NCBI GenBank assembly: GCA_963827545.1
Contig: CAWHBI010000048.1
Coordinates: forward strand, 43,665-107,664
Length of the DNA: 64,000 nt
Origin: an uncultured Alphaproteobacteria bacterium
GTDB taxonomy: Bacteria; Pseudomonadota; Alphaproteobacteria; Rhizobiales; Hyphomicrobiaceae
Reading direction: 5' to 3'
Below the pieces are notes generated by a model. The model did not search any database. It saw only the letters and a list, made by a program, of their open reading frames with translations, and was not told where the DNA came from. The position numbers were made by a program, and so were the translations under genes. Below, piece by piece: positions 8,227 through 17,896 of the stretch; position 1 is the stretch's first letter; every line of letters begins with the position of its first letter.

Positions 8227-9176
8227 GTGTTTCCCTTCTCCGTTTCTGTCTGCGCCTGACGCTACGCACCGATGCCGAAGCGAGGGTGGCAGGCGCATCC
8301 AACGCAACGGCTTCCCGACGCAAAACCTTGACTCGTGAAGCCTGTTCGACATGCCTGTCGCGCGTTAGATGCGCCTGCCGCTCGGACGGCCAACGGGCCA
8401 ACGACGCTGGCCATCCTAAGCCTTTACCTGCGACGCCCCTCCCGACTTGGGGCCGTTTCGAATTTGGGCCGGCACTGGAAGTGAACACAACACCCGGCCA
8501 ACCACCTCACTCAACGCATGCCACTCTGCTTCTTCCGACTCGACCATGAACTTTGCCTGGGTTGGCCCTCCGCGAGGGCGGCGAGCCGCCCGGCGACACG
8601 CGCGCACTTTTTCGCCTCGGCGGCCCGCCGCAATGCCTCGAATGCGGGGGCAAGAGCTACTCTGGGACACGCACGCAACTGAGACTCTGACGCGAACACG
8701 GCACGCACGCCACGCAACGGACCGACGCCAACATCACGCCACTCACGCACACCGGCTACTCGAACACTATTTTTCTGAACGCTACTCACTGGGACCCCAC
8801 TTGACCGGAACCGCGAATCATCCCTGGAGAACGCGCGACGACCGGATCCAATTGCACCACCAACTGTGGATAACTCAGATCGTATGCAACCCGCAGGGTA
8901 ATCGAGGGCAGGCGGTGTCGAGACTCCACTGGAAGGCATATCGAAACTCCGCGCACCCTGCCGTTAACCAACTCTTAACTGATCGTTCTCTTTGCGTTCC
9001 CGGCTGAGGGGCAATTAACAGCCAGACCTAGTCGCTTTTGGGGCACAGAAGGGGCGAGAAGACGGTAGGGCCCGGTTTTCCAAAAGTAATTTTCTTGACA
9101 GAAGGCTTTCGTGACTCGCGCGTCTGCAAAGTGATTCGTACCTGTTGTGTGTGTCGCTGGTGTGTAAATTTTGCGA

Positions 9177-9809
9177 ATGCCGGATTTCCGAGTCACTGGC
9201 CCCACCAATGCCGCCGCCCGCTTTCTGTGCGCTCACGGAGCCGGCGCGGCCATGGACAGCCCCTTTCTGGAGAACTTTGCGGGCCTCTTGGCCACGCGGG
9301 GCATCGCCACCCTGCGTTTCGAGTTCTCCTACATGGCTGCGCGCCGGCAGGGGGGCTCGAGGAAGCCGCCGCCCAGGGCCGAACGGCTCACAGACGAGTA
9401 TCGCGCGGCCGTCGCTGCCCTGCCGAAGGGCGCTCCCCTCCTGATCGGCGGCAAGTCGATGGGCGGACGTGTGGCGAGCCTCGTTGCCGACGAGCTCCAC
9501 GCCCAGGGGCACATTGCCGGCCTCGTCTGCCTCGGCTACCCATTCCACCCGCCCAAGAAGCCCGATCAGCTGCGCACCGGGCACCTGGTGGAGTTGGCCT
9601 GTCCGGCCCTGATCGTCCAGGGCGAGCGCGACCCGTTCGGCTCGCGCAGCGAGGTCGAGGCCCTGCGCCTATCCCCGTCGATCCGCTTTCATTGGGTCGG
9701 CGACGGCGACCATGACCTGGGCCCTCGCGGCGGCTCCGGCTTCACTCGCAAGGGCAACCTCGCGGGCGCGGCCGATGCGATCGCTGCCTTCGCTGTCAGT
9801 TCAAAGTGA
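9177..9809 (+). CDS. Alpha/beta-fold family hydrolase (COG3571-like)
   Basis: FLCAHGAGAAMDSPF, GGKSMGGRVAS (nucleophile elbow) and IVQGERDPFG. The first in-frame ATG is at 9177. Confidence 0.75.
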   Translation: MPDFRVTGPTNAAARFLCAHGAGAAMDSPFLENFAGLLATRGIATLRFEFSYMAARRQGGSRKPPPRAERLTDEYRAAVAALPKGAPLLIGGKSMGGRVASLVADELHAQGHIAGLVCLGYPFHPPKKPDQLRTGHLVELACPALIVQGERDPFGSRSEVEALRLSPSIRFHWVGDGDHDLGPRGGSGFTRKGNLAGAADAIAAFAVSSK

Positions 9810-9832
9810 GACGAACAGACGACCCAGAAAGT

Positions 9833-11035
9833 CTAAGCTCGCACCGCGGCCGCCTGCGGCACCGGCAGCCGCTGCGGCAGCAGCAGGGCCGCACACAGGA
9901 TGACCACAGCCGAGACCGCCAGCACGCGGAACAGCGCGTCGAAGCCCCAGTTCTCGTAGACGAACGCGATCAGAGGCAAGGTCGCCGCCAGCACGGTGAA
10001 GCTTACCACGTAGCGCACGCCGTAGATGCGCGCCCGCCATTCGCCCTCTGCCAGGCGCCCGATCATATAGTCGTTGATGGGGATTTGCCCGAAGGCTGCC
10101 AGCATGAAGGCCATGGCGCAAAGCAGCGCGGCCCAGTCGAGAAGGCCTGGCATGATCGCGAAGAACACAACCTGGATGGCCGCCGCGCCAACGAAGACGG
10201 TGCGTGGTCCGAGCCGGTCCAGCAGGTGCCCTACGATGAGCTGACCCAGGGAAGCCAGTGCGAACACCATGAACGCCAGCCCCCCGAGTGCCGTCGCCGA
10301 CATCGCAATGCCGCCGAGGCGCTCGTCGAACACCTTGGGCAGAGCAAACGTGGTCGACTGGAACACCACGCTGGACACCGCCGTGGTCAGGAACACGATC
10401 ATGGAGACGCGAAGCAGCAGCGCCTTGAGGTCAGCCGGTAGCACCTTCGCCACGGCCTTGTTGCGCGTCGGAGGTTTCGGCAGAGTGATCTCGGGCCACA
10501 TGATGGTGGTGTAGGCGATGCCGATCAGGATCGACACGACGCCGGGCACGACGAAGGCGGCGCGCCAGCCGCCGTGATCGATGAAGTAGCCGGTGATCAG
10601 CGCCGCGCTGGCGACGCCCAGGTTCCCCCACACGCCGTTCACCGCAATGCGCATGCCGGTGTTCTTCCATTTCTCCACCACAATGGCGAGACCGACCGGG
10701 TGATAGATGGCAGCGAACACGCCGACCACGAACAGGCCGATGCCGAGCTCGAGCGGGGTGCGCGCAAAGGAGGTGGCGATCGAGGCGAGGCCGATGCCGA
10801 CGAAGAACACGCTCATCATGCCCTCGCGGCTCCACTTGTCGGCGAGCCAGCCGGCGGGCAGCGCGAACACGCCGAAGGCGAAGAAGCCGGGCGTCGCAAA
10901 CTTGAGGAGGTCGGCGTAGCCAAGTCCCCACTCGCGATGCAAGGCGAGCGCGGCCACTGTGGCAAAGATCAGCGTGAACAGATGATCGAGGAAGTGCCCT
11001 ATGTTGAGCAGCAGGAAGTGCAGGCGCTCTCGCAT
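9833..11035 (-). CDS. MFS transporter
   Basis: Multi-TM protein with MFS-like loops (LADKWSREG). The ATG at 11035 is preceded by AAGGAGAG. Confidence 0.8.
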   Translation of the reverse strand: MRERLHFLLLNIGHFLDHLFTLIFATVAALALHREWGLGYADLLKFATPGFFAFGVFALPAGWLADKWSREGMMSVFFVGIGLASIATSFARTPLELGIGLFVVGVFAAIYHPVGLAIVVEKWKNTGMRIAVNGVWGNLGVASAALITGYFIDHGGWRAAFVVPGVVSILIGIAYTTIMWPEITLPKPPTRNKAVAKVLPADLKALLLRVSMIVFLTTAVSSVVFQSTTFALPKVFDERLGGIAMSATALGGLAFMVFALASLGQLIVGHLLDRLGPRTVFVGAAAIQVVFFAIMPGLLDWAALLCAMAFMLAAFGQIPINDYMIGRLAEGEWRARIYGVRYVVSFTVLAATLPLIAFVYENWGFDALFRVLAVSAVVILCAALLLPQRLPVPQAAAVRA

Positions 11036-11215
11036 GAGGGGGCTCTCCTTGGCCGGGCATTGCCCGTCCGTGTGTCGCAACCTAGCGCCTTTGCACCGCC
11101 CGGAAAACCGAGGGGATCGCATGGCTGAATTGATGGACGGTGCGCGTGAAGGCGCCTGCAAACGTGCTACAGGAGACAGGTGCGCATAGCATCTCGGATC
11201 GGAGAAACCTCAAAA

Positions 11216-11599
11216 ATGACCGCCGGCGTGATCGATCGGCTCGCGGAGCTGGCCAACGACAATGCGTGGCTCGTGCACCGCGGCCGCTTCCTCGATGTGA
11301 CGTTTCTGATCGAGGTCGGCACCGCGCCCTACCTGGTGCGCATCCACCGCGGCCGCATCGAAGCGATCGACAAAGGCCCGCTCGTGATGCCGCGCTGGAC
11401 ATTTGCTCTGAGGGCTTCTGAAGAGGCGTGGGCGACCTTCTGGAAGGCTCTGCCCCCGCCCGGCTTCCACGATCTGATCGCCATGATCAAGGTGCGCGCG
11501 CTGCACCTCGAAGGCGACCAGCACCCCTTCATGGCCAACCTGCGCTACTTCAAGGAGCTGCTGGCGCTACCACGCGCCGAGGCCGGAGCTGTCGGATGA
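11216..11599 (+). CDS. SCP2 sterol-binding-like domain protein
   Basis: The ATG at 11216 has RBS GGAGAA. The sequence (FLIEVGTAPYLVRIHRGRIEAIDKG...IKVRALHLEGDQHPFMANLRYF) resembles SCP2-type domains. Its stop overlaps the next start (ATGA). Confidence 0.6.
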   Translation: MTAGVIDRLAELANDNAWLVHRGRFLDVTFLIEVGTAPYLVRIHRGRIEAIDKGPLVMPRWTFALRASEEAWATFWKALPPPGFHDLIAMIKVRALHLEGDQHPFMANLRYFKELLALPRAEAGAVG

Positions 11600-12471
11600 G
11601 CGTGGCCGGCAAGCCCGAGTTCGAGCCCGTCGTCGGCCGCTATCTGCAACTCGCGATTGGCGGCAAGCCGCACCGCGTCTATGTCGAGGAAGCGGGCGAA
11701 GGCGTCCCACTGCTGTGCCTTCACACCGCCGGCGCCGACAGCCGGCAATACCGCGCGCTGCTCAACGACCGCGAGATCCTCGAGCGCTTCCGCGTCATCG
11801 CCTTCGATCTGCCCTGGCATGGCAAGTCGTCGCCGCCCGCTGGTTGGCAGAACGGCGAGTACAGGCTCACCGCGCGCGCCTATGTCGACACCATCATGGC
11901 GGTCGTCGATGCGCTGGACCTCGACAGGCCCGCAGTCATCGGCTGCTCCATCGGCGGGCGCGTGGTCTTGCACTTGGCACTGGAGCATGCGCGCCGGTTC
12001 CGCGCGCTGATCGGCCTGGAATCCGGCGCTCACGCCGATCCCTACTACGACCTCGCGTGGCTGCACCGTCCCGATGTGCACGGGGGCGAGGTGTGCGGGG
12101 CTCTGGTCTCGGGCCTCATCGCGCCGACCGCGCCAGAGGCGGACCGATGGGAGACCATCTGGCACTACATGCAGGGCGGCCCCGGCGTCTTCAAGGGCGA
12201 CCTGCACTACTACACGTCCGATGGCGATGTCCGCGAGCGGGTCGCTCAGATCGATACGCGCACGTGCCCACTCTTCCTGCTGACCGGCGAGTACGACTAC
12301 TCGTGCACGCCCGATGACACCCGCGACTTGGCCCGCCGCATCGACGGAGCGCAGGTCACCATCATGGAAGGGCTCGGTCACTTCCCAATCAGCGAGGACC
12401 CGCGGCGCTTCCTTGGGTTTCTGAGGCCTGTGCTGGCCGGAATTCTGGAGCGAGGCGCAAAAAAGTCCTGA
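11596..12471 (+). CDS. Alpha/beta hydrolase
   Basis: LLCLHTAGADSRQY, GCSIGGRVVLHLA (nucleophile elbow) and a C-terminal GHFPISEDP. Confidence 0.8.
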   Translation: MSVAGKPEFEPVVGRYLQLAIGGKPHRVYVEEAGEGVPLLCLHTAGADSRQYRALLNDREILERFRVIAFDLPWHGKSSPPAGWQNGEYRLTARAYVDTIMAVVDALDLDRPAVIGCSIGGRVVLHLALEHARRFRALIGLESGAHADPYYDLAWLHRPDVHGGEVCGALVSGLIAPTAPEADRWETIWHYMQGGPGVFKGDLHYYTSDGDVRERVAQIDTRTCPLFLLTGEYDYSCTPDDTRDLARRIDGAQVTIMEGLGHFPISEDPRRFLGFLRPVLAGILERGAKKS

Positions 12472-12480
12472 GTGATTGGC

Positions 12481-12912
12481 TCACGCCGCCCGGCGATCAC
12501 GCTTGGCCTCGTCAGCGGCCGCAGGCTTTGCCTCCGCGAAGGTGATGTAATCGCGCGCCGGCGCCGCGGTTTTGCCACCCCAGGCACCGTTGAAGCCCGG
12601 CACGGCGAGGGCACCGAAGGCCACGGTCAGCCGCCGCACGCCTTCGGCATAATCATGCGTGGCCACCTGCCAGAACCGCATCTGCTCCTTCGCCAGGTCT
12701 TGCGGCGTCTTGCACTGGCTGAGCCGTGTTGGAATTTCCATCCACGCCTGCGCCCGCCGCGTTGCCAGACCCATCAGCTCGAGGTTCCACCGGCCGGCGC
12801 TTCTGAGGGCCGGCTCGTAACCTTTCGCAGCCACGTCGAGGCCGCTGAAATAGGCTTGGCTCAAATTGCAGAATGGACCCGCCGTGGGGTCGCCACGCTC
12901 GCTCGCGCTCAT
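12481..12912 (-). CDS. Phasin-family (PHA granule-associated) protein
   Basis: 143 aa. The segment ...NLELMGLATRRAQAWMEIPTRLSQCKTPQDLAKEQMRFWQVATHDY... resembles alphaproteobacterial phasin_2 proteins. Confidence 0.65.
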   Translation of the reverse strand: MSASERGDPTAGPFCNLSQAYFSGLDVAAKGYEPALRSAGRWNLELMGLATRRAQAWMEIPTRLSQCKTPQDLAKEQMRFWQVATHDYAEGVRRLTVAFGALAVPGFNGAWGGKTAAPARDYITFAEAKPAAADEAKRDRRAA

Positions 12913-13203
12913 TTACCCGCTCCACTGTTCCTACCCTGAACCGGAGCAACCAGAGAAATGGCCGCATCTCAGGTGCTCATGGCGAAAATATCCGAGATCG
13001 CGTTGCGACAGCAACACGATCTCGCCGGTTCGCCCATATTTTGTGCAATCCGGCAATCCATGGTTGTTTCCGAATAGCCACTACGCGCGGATCTTCAAGA
13101 GCCCCAGATTGCGGAAGCCGACGCCAATACAATACGGTTGACCTCGAAGTTCTGAGGCCGTTCTACTCGAAAATTCCAACATTTTGTTGGCCAGGTGCTT
13201 TGT

Positions 13204-13965
13204 ATGGCGCGTTCTGGCTCATGGGTGATCTTGTGCCGTGCTCTCGTCGCATGCGCTGCGGTGAGCCACGAAGCCAGCGCCCAAAGTGCAACGGCCGAAA
13301 GCCCGGCCGCTCCCCACTTCGAGGTATGGTCCGGCGCTGAGGCGTTCCACAGGGTCTGGTCGCTCTATGGCGGCGGCATGTACGCACCCTTCGGCAGCAT
13401 TCGCGAGGATGGGCTCAGGGTCCGGGTTGCAGCCGGTTATGCCGCCTACAACTACACAAGCCCGCGGTGGACCGGCACCGGCACCCAAGCCCTCAACTTC
13501 CGCGGCACGGCCTCATCTGTCGATCTGCTCGGGGGTTACCACAAGCAGCTGGGCCCGGTTACCATCAAAATCCTGGCTGGCCTCACAATTGGAGAACAGA
13601 ACGTCGACGATCCGGAAGCAACCACGGGCACCGAGGCAGGCGGCAAGGCGGTGCTGGAGACGTGGTGGAACATCACGGATTGGGCCTGGACTTCAGTCGA
13701 TGTGTCCTGGACCACCCTGCATGACATCTATGGTACTCGCGCCCGGCTCGGCTGGCGGTTGTGGCCGGAGCTCTCGATTGGCCTCGAGGGAGCCGCTACA
13801 GGAACCTGGGACTACGACACGGCCCGCGTTGGCGGCTTCGCGCGCTACGAGTGGGCAAGTGGAGAAGTATCCCTGTCGGGTGGCCTTTCCGGCGACGGCC
13901 CCAGGAGCGGCCGGGTTGATGTCCACGGGCCCTTTGCCACCTTTAGCGTGCTGACGCGCTTTTGA
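13204..13965 (+). CDS. Outer-membrane beta-barrel protein, BcsS-like
   Basis: Signal peptide (ILCRALVACAAVSHEASAQ), alternating aromatic/Gly beta-strand pattern and a C-terminal aromatic residue (TRF). Confidence 0.55.
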   Translation: MARSGSWVILCRALVACAAVSHEASAQSATAESPAAPHFEVWSGAEAFHRVWSLYGGGMYAPFGSIREDGLRVRVAAGYAAYNYTSPRWTGTGTQALNFRGTASSVDLLGGYHKQLGPVTIKILAGLTIGEQNVDDPEATTGTEAGGKAVLETWWNITDWAWTSVDVSWTTLHDIYGTRARLGWRLWPELSIGLEGAATGTWDYDTARVGGFARYEWASGEVSLSGGLSGDGPRSGRVDVHGPFATFSVLTRF

Positions 13966-14068
13966 AGCTCGACATGTCCTTTGTTTTGGCCGGTCGCAGA
14001 GCGCGTGGTCTGTGCTATGCTCGACTTGGGTAGCAAAACAACAACCGTCCGAAACAGCGAGGAATGCC

Positions 14069-14887
14069 ATGAAGAGCATTCTTCTTCCTGTCGATCAAAG
14101 CGAGCAGATGCTTGCGGTGCTGGAGACCGCACGTCGCTTGGCTGATGCTTTCGAGGCAACCATCGAGGGTGTTGCCCTGCGTCCCGCCTTCGCTGAGATC
14201 GTGGCGCCCGATCCCATCGTCGCCGTGACCATTCCGCCCGCCGACTGGAACGAGACCGAGTTCTGCCGCAGCGTGCGCCAGCTCTTCGACGCGTTCGCCG
14301 CGAAGAATTCCGGGGAAGCCGGCAAGGGCGCGCGGTTTCGCTGGCGCGGCGGCTCCGCTATCGAGGATGGCGCGCTGGGGAGCCTCGGGCGCGTTTACGA
14401 CGTCACGGTGCTGGGCCGGCCCGGAGGCCGCGGTGCCCGCATGACGGCATTGGAGTCCGCCCTGTTCGACAGTGGCAGGCCCGTCCTGATGGCGCCACCG
14501 GCACCACCGACGGCATTCGGTGAGACGGTCCTCATTCACTGGAACGCCAGCACCGAGACGGCGCGCTGCATGCTGTTTGCCATGCCCCTGCTCAAGAAGG
14601 CCAAGCGAGTGTCGCTGATCGCCGTCGAGGGCGCCATCGTTCCGGGGCCGAGCATCAAGGACGCGGTGGCGTATCTGGAGGCGAACGGCATTGGCGCGAA
14701 CGACAGGACGGTGACCGGCCGTGGCTTGCGCCCCGGCGAGGTCATTCTCGCCGAGGCTGCCTCGATAGGGGCCAACCTGCTCATCAAGGGTGCCTACACG
14801 CAGAGCCGATTGCGGCAGATGATCTTCGGCGGCGCCACCAGCCATATCCTGTCGGCAGCCGAGCTTCCGGTATTCTTCGCCCACTGA
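14069..14887 (+). CDS. Universal stress protein (tandem Usp domains)
   Basis: MKSILLPVDQSEQ... at the start and IKGAYTQSRLRQMIFGGATSHIL at the end. RBS GAGGAA. Confidence 0.75.
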   Translation: MKSILLPVDQSEQMLAVLETARRLADAFEATIEGVALRPAFAEIVAPDPIVAVTIPPADWNETEFCRSVRQLFDAFAAKNSGEAGKGARFRWRGGSAIEDGALGSLGRVYDVTVLGRPGGRGARMTALESALFDSGRPVLMAPPAPPTAFGETVLIHWNASTETARCMLFAMPLLKKAKRVSLIAVEGAIVPGPSIKDAVAYLEANGIGANDRTVTGRGLRPGEVILAEAASIGANLLIKGAYTQSRLRQMIFGGATSHILSAAELPVFFAH

Positions 14888-14892
14888 GCCGA

Positions 14893-16155
14893 TCAGGGGG
14901 TTCGCACCCGCTTTGGCGCGATGCCTCCCTCGCGCAAGGGGCGAATGATCCAGAACATGGCGAGACCCATCAGCGCCCCGCCGATGGCCAGTGCGAACGA
15001 GGCGAGGTAGCTGCCCGTGAGCTCGTAGAGCAAGCCCGCGACCCAGGAGCCCAGGCCTGCGCCGAGACCCATCGCCAGCGACAGCGTGCCGTAGATGGCG
15101 CCGACACCGCCGCCAGGAAACAGCCGCGCAACAAGGACAATTATGATGGGGCCGCGAGCGCCTTGCATCAGACCGAAGAACCACACGAAGGCATAGACGA
15201 GCGCCAGCGAGGGCCACGCCGAGACAAGGATCAGCGCCGCGATTCCGATAATGGTCGACAGGTAGGAGAGAGTGGCCGTACGCAGGTGCCCGAAGCGGTC
15301 CGACAGCCAGCCGACGGCGAGGATGCCGATGACCGACAGCATGCCGCTGAACCCGAATGCGCTCGCCGCGATCAGCGGATCGAAGCCGCGCTCGATCAGA
15401 TACGCGACAGAATGCGGAAGCACGCTGTAGGCCGCCATCGACGTAAACAGGTACGCCGCGAACAGACCCCAGAACGCGCCAGTGCGCAGCGCCGCCGCAA
15501 CCGTCCACGGCCCTTTGGCGCCGGGTCCTGCCTGCTTGCGCATGGCGCGCCATCCGGGCGAGCCCGCCGTCATGCGCTTGAGCGGCGCCAGCATCATGAG
15601 CGGCAGCACGATGAGCACGCCCGCTCCCAGTACCCGGTATGCCATGCGCCAATCGGTGACGGAAAGCATGAACTGCGTCAGCGGCGGCAGAACCAGCATG
15701 CCAGCGCCAATTGCCGCGTAGGGCACGGCCATGATCGTGCCGATGCGGTCCGTGAACCAGCGCGAGAGCAGCGCGGACGCCGCAATCATGCCGAGCGATG
15801 CGGAGCCGAGACCGCCGAGAAAGCCGGCGGCGAACAGGTAGTGCCACAGCTCGGTGGCCGAGCCCGCCAGCAGATAGCCGCACCCGAGGCTCGTCAGCCC
15901 GAAGCCGTAGGCCACACGCGCGCCTAGGCGATCGATCAGCTGGCCAGCGAAGGGAGCGGAGAGCCCATAGGCCAGCATGAACACCGAGTAGGTGAGCGTG
16001 ATGTCCGCGCGCGAGACACCGAGGCCCTGCTGCACGGGCAGCAGAAACACCGCAAATGTCTCGGTGACCCCGCGCGCGATCATGTTCATGACGAAGGTGA
16101 GGACGACGAGCGCGACGAGAAAGGCGCGGCCCCCCTGTTCGTCGCGCTTCGTCAC
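14893..16155 (-). CDS. MFS transporter
   Basis: 420-aa protein with about 12 TM segments and the MFS loop GQLIDRLGAR. Confidence 0.8.
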   Translation of the reverse strand: MTKRDEQGGRAFLVALVVLTFVMNMIARGVTETFAVFLLPVQQGLGVSRADITLTYSVFMLAYGLSAPFAGQLIDRLGARVAYGFGLTSLGCGYLLAGSATELWHYLFAAGFLGGLGSASLGMIAASALLSRWFTDRIGTIMAVPYAAIGAGMLVLPPLTQFMLSVTDWRMAYRVLGAGVLIVLPLMMLAPLKRMTAGSPGWRAMRKQAGPGAKGPWTVAAALRTGAFWGLFAAYLFTSMAAYSVLPHSVAYLIERGFDPLIAASAFGFSGMLSVIGILAVGWLSDRFGHLRTATLSYLSTIIGIAALILVSAWPSLALVYAFVWFFGLMQGARGPIIIVLVARLFPGGGVGAIYGTLSLAMGLGAGLGSWVAGLLYELTGSYLASFALAIGGALMGLAMFWIIRPLREGGIAPKRVRTP

Positions 16156-16182
16156 GCGTGCGCCTCGCTTGCCGGCATGCCG

Positions 16183-16833
16183 TCAGATGCGCCGGAACTT
16201 CGCCATCGCCTCGCGGAACGAGAGGCCCCTGGCGAGCTCGGCAGCCGCCTGCGCGTCATCCTTGGCGTACTGGCCTGCAAGCTCGGCGACCTTGGCCGCG
16301 TGCTCGGCGGGAATGCACACGACGCCCGACCCATCGGCGACGATCGCGTCGCCTGGACGCACGCGCACCCCGCCACAACTGATCGGCTCGTTGATGCCGG
16401 TGACGGCGAGACGGGTGCGGCCCGTGAGCGGAGTCATGTGCCGCGCGAACACGGGGAACTGATGCTCGACCATCTCCTCGCGATCGCGCACCCCGCCGTC
16501 GGCGACGAGGCCGCCGATGCCCTTGGTCTTGGCGGCCAGGGTCGCAAGCCCGCCGAAGGTCGAGATGCATTGTCCGCCGTTGTCGATGACGAGAAGGTCG
16601 CCAGGGCCGGCGGCGTCGATGATCTGGCCGACTTGAAAATCCTCCGACCTGAAATCACCGCGCCTGCCGCCGATCTCACGCACGGTGACCGCGCGGCCGG
16701 CACAGCGCGTTCCGGGCACCACCTGCATCAGGCCCAGCATCACGCCCTCGAAGGCGACATCGTCGAGGGCGTTGGCAAGGGTCGGCGTGGCGAGAGCCGC
16801 CAGCGCCTGCAAGATATCGTCCGGCACGGTCAT
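16183..16833 (-). CDS. RraA-family protein (aldolase/decarboxylase-like)
   Basis: TPTLANALD, GDLLVIDNGG, GGLATLAAKTKGIGGLVADGGVRD. Confidence 0.8.
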   Translation of the reverse strand: MTVPDDILQALAALATPTLANALDDVAFEGVMLGLMQVVPGTRCAGRAVTVREIGGRRGDFRSEDFQVGQIIDAAGPGDLLVIDNGGQCISTFGGLATLAAKTKGIGGLVADGGVRDREEMVEHQFPVFARHMTPLTGRTRLAVTGINEPISCGGVRVRPGDAIVADGSGVVCIPAEHAAKVAELAGQYAKDDAQAAAELARGLSFREAMAKFRRI

Positions 16834-16945
16834 GCGAGTGGTCCTGCGTTGGGCACGGCACGTGAGGCAAGCTTTTCGCTGAGCGCCAGAAGTCGTATCG
16901 TCTCCGAGCCTCGTTCACAACCAGACCTTGGGAGGCGTGGAAAGA

Positions 16946-17245
16946 ATGCGGCCCCCGATCCTCGCCGTTGTGCCGGCCGCGTTTGCGGTTCCGCTCCTCG
17001 CCGCTGTGCCGGCCGCCCCGGCAACTTGTGCCGAGCGTCCCGTGCAAGCACGAGGGGAGCCGTCGCGGTTCGAAACGCTAGCCAAGGGCACAGCGCGCGG
17101 AAACTGGCGCTCCGCCGTGCGCTCGATGCCATCGCTCGGCCCTCTCTATGCAAACTGGAGCAAAGCATTGGCGGCAGACTACAGCTGCGCGGAGGGCCCG
17201 AGCGGCTACACCTGCACCGCCATCGCAACGCCCTGCCGCGACTAG
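16946..17245 (+). CDS. Small secreted hypothetical protein
   Basis: MRPPILAVVPAAFAVPLLAAVPAAPA is signal-like, and there are 4 Cys. I recognise no family. Confidence 0.35.
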   Translation: MRPPILAVVPAAFAVPLLAAVPAAPATCAERPVQARGEPSRFETLAKGTARGNWRSAVRSMPSLGPLYANWSKALAADYSCAEGPSGYTCTAIATPCRD

Positions 17246-17393
17246 AGCAAAATCGCTTCGGATTGCATCACCTTGCCCAGATCGAGACGTGGCGGCCGAA
17301 GCGTAAATCCTCCTCTGATCATAGACCTGAGAGCAAGACTCACCTTCCATGATCGAAGCCAAGCGCTTCGATCGGAAACGATCTTGCTCCAGC
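17242..17393. repeat. MITE-like repeat, family A, copy 1
   Basis: About 150 bp with terminal inverted repeats (CTAGAGCAAAATCGCTTCGGAT ... ATCGGAAACGATCTTGCTCCAG). It closely matches the reverse complement of 57169-57317. Confidence 0.8.
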
Positions 17394-17602
17394 GAGGCGC
17401 ACACTCGGGCCGTGGCGGCGTCGCGGTTAAGCGATGGTTTCCTGAATGGATCGAATTCGCAGGAAATTCCCAGCACATTTGTTACGCAATATCGCGTTAA
17501 TCAATGCAATGTCGCGGCATCCCAAGCATTATGGGCTCGAGGCGCTCGGGGGAGACGCCGCCGGGGCGTTTCCAGGCGGCAGCACTGCGGCAGGACGAAC
17601 TC

Positions 17603-17857
17603 ATGCACGTCGATCACGAAGAGCAGCTATTGCGCAAGCTTCGCGCTTCCCTCGCCGGAGACCAGCATGGCTTCACTGCCGAGACGGACGGGCGTTCCGG
17701 CGTGCTCATCCTCAACAGGGGTCACTACCGCGGGGTCTGGCGCTGGATGGATGGGGGCTATTCGTTCACGCCGGGCGGCTATGCCAGCTCGACGCACTCC
17801 GCGCCGACGCCGCAGGAGGCCGTGCGCTACACCCTCGACCACGTCTGCAGGCAGTGA
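17603..17857 (+). CDS. Hypothetical protein
   Basis: ORF in an otherwise empty gap. The start is uncertain and I recognise no family. Confidence 0.3.
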   Translation: MHVDHEEQLLRKLRASLAGDQHGFTAETDGRSGVLILNRGHYRGVWRWMDGGYSFTPGGYASSTHSAPTPQEAVRYTLDHVCRQ

Positions 17858-17896
17858 TCGTCCGAGGGGACGCGGCCGAGCCGCGACCCGCGCAGG

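Noticed and set aside
8380-8560. Two-piece tmRNA or another housekeeping RNA (RNase P, SRP, 6S) in the long ORF-free region.
   Set aside because: GCCAACGAC... at about 8396 resembles the start of an alphaproteobacterial tag. However, it reads on for more than 50 codons with no AA-stop tag end. I found no T-arm/acceptor-like GGTTCGAATCC, no GAGGAAAGTCCGG (RNase P) and no SRP domain IV motif.
16183-16833. Calling the RraA-family gene a regulator of RNase E.
   Set aside because: Many members of this family are aldolases or decarboxylases. The operon context with an MFS transporter argues for a metabolic role, so only the family name is given.
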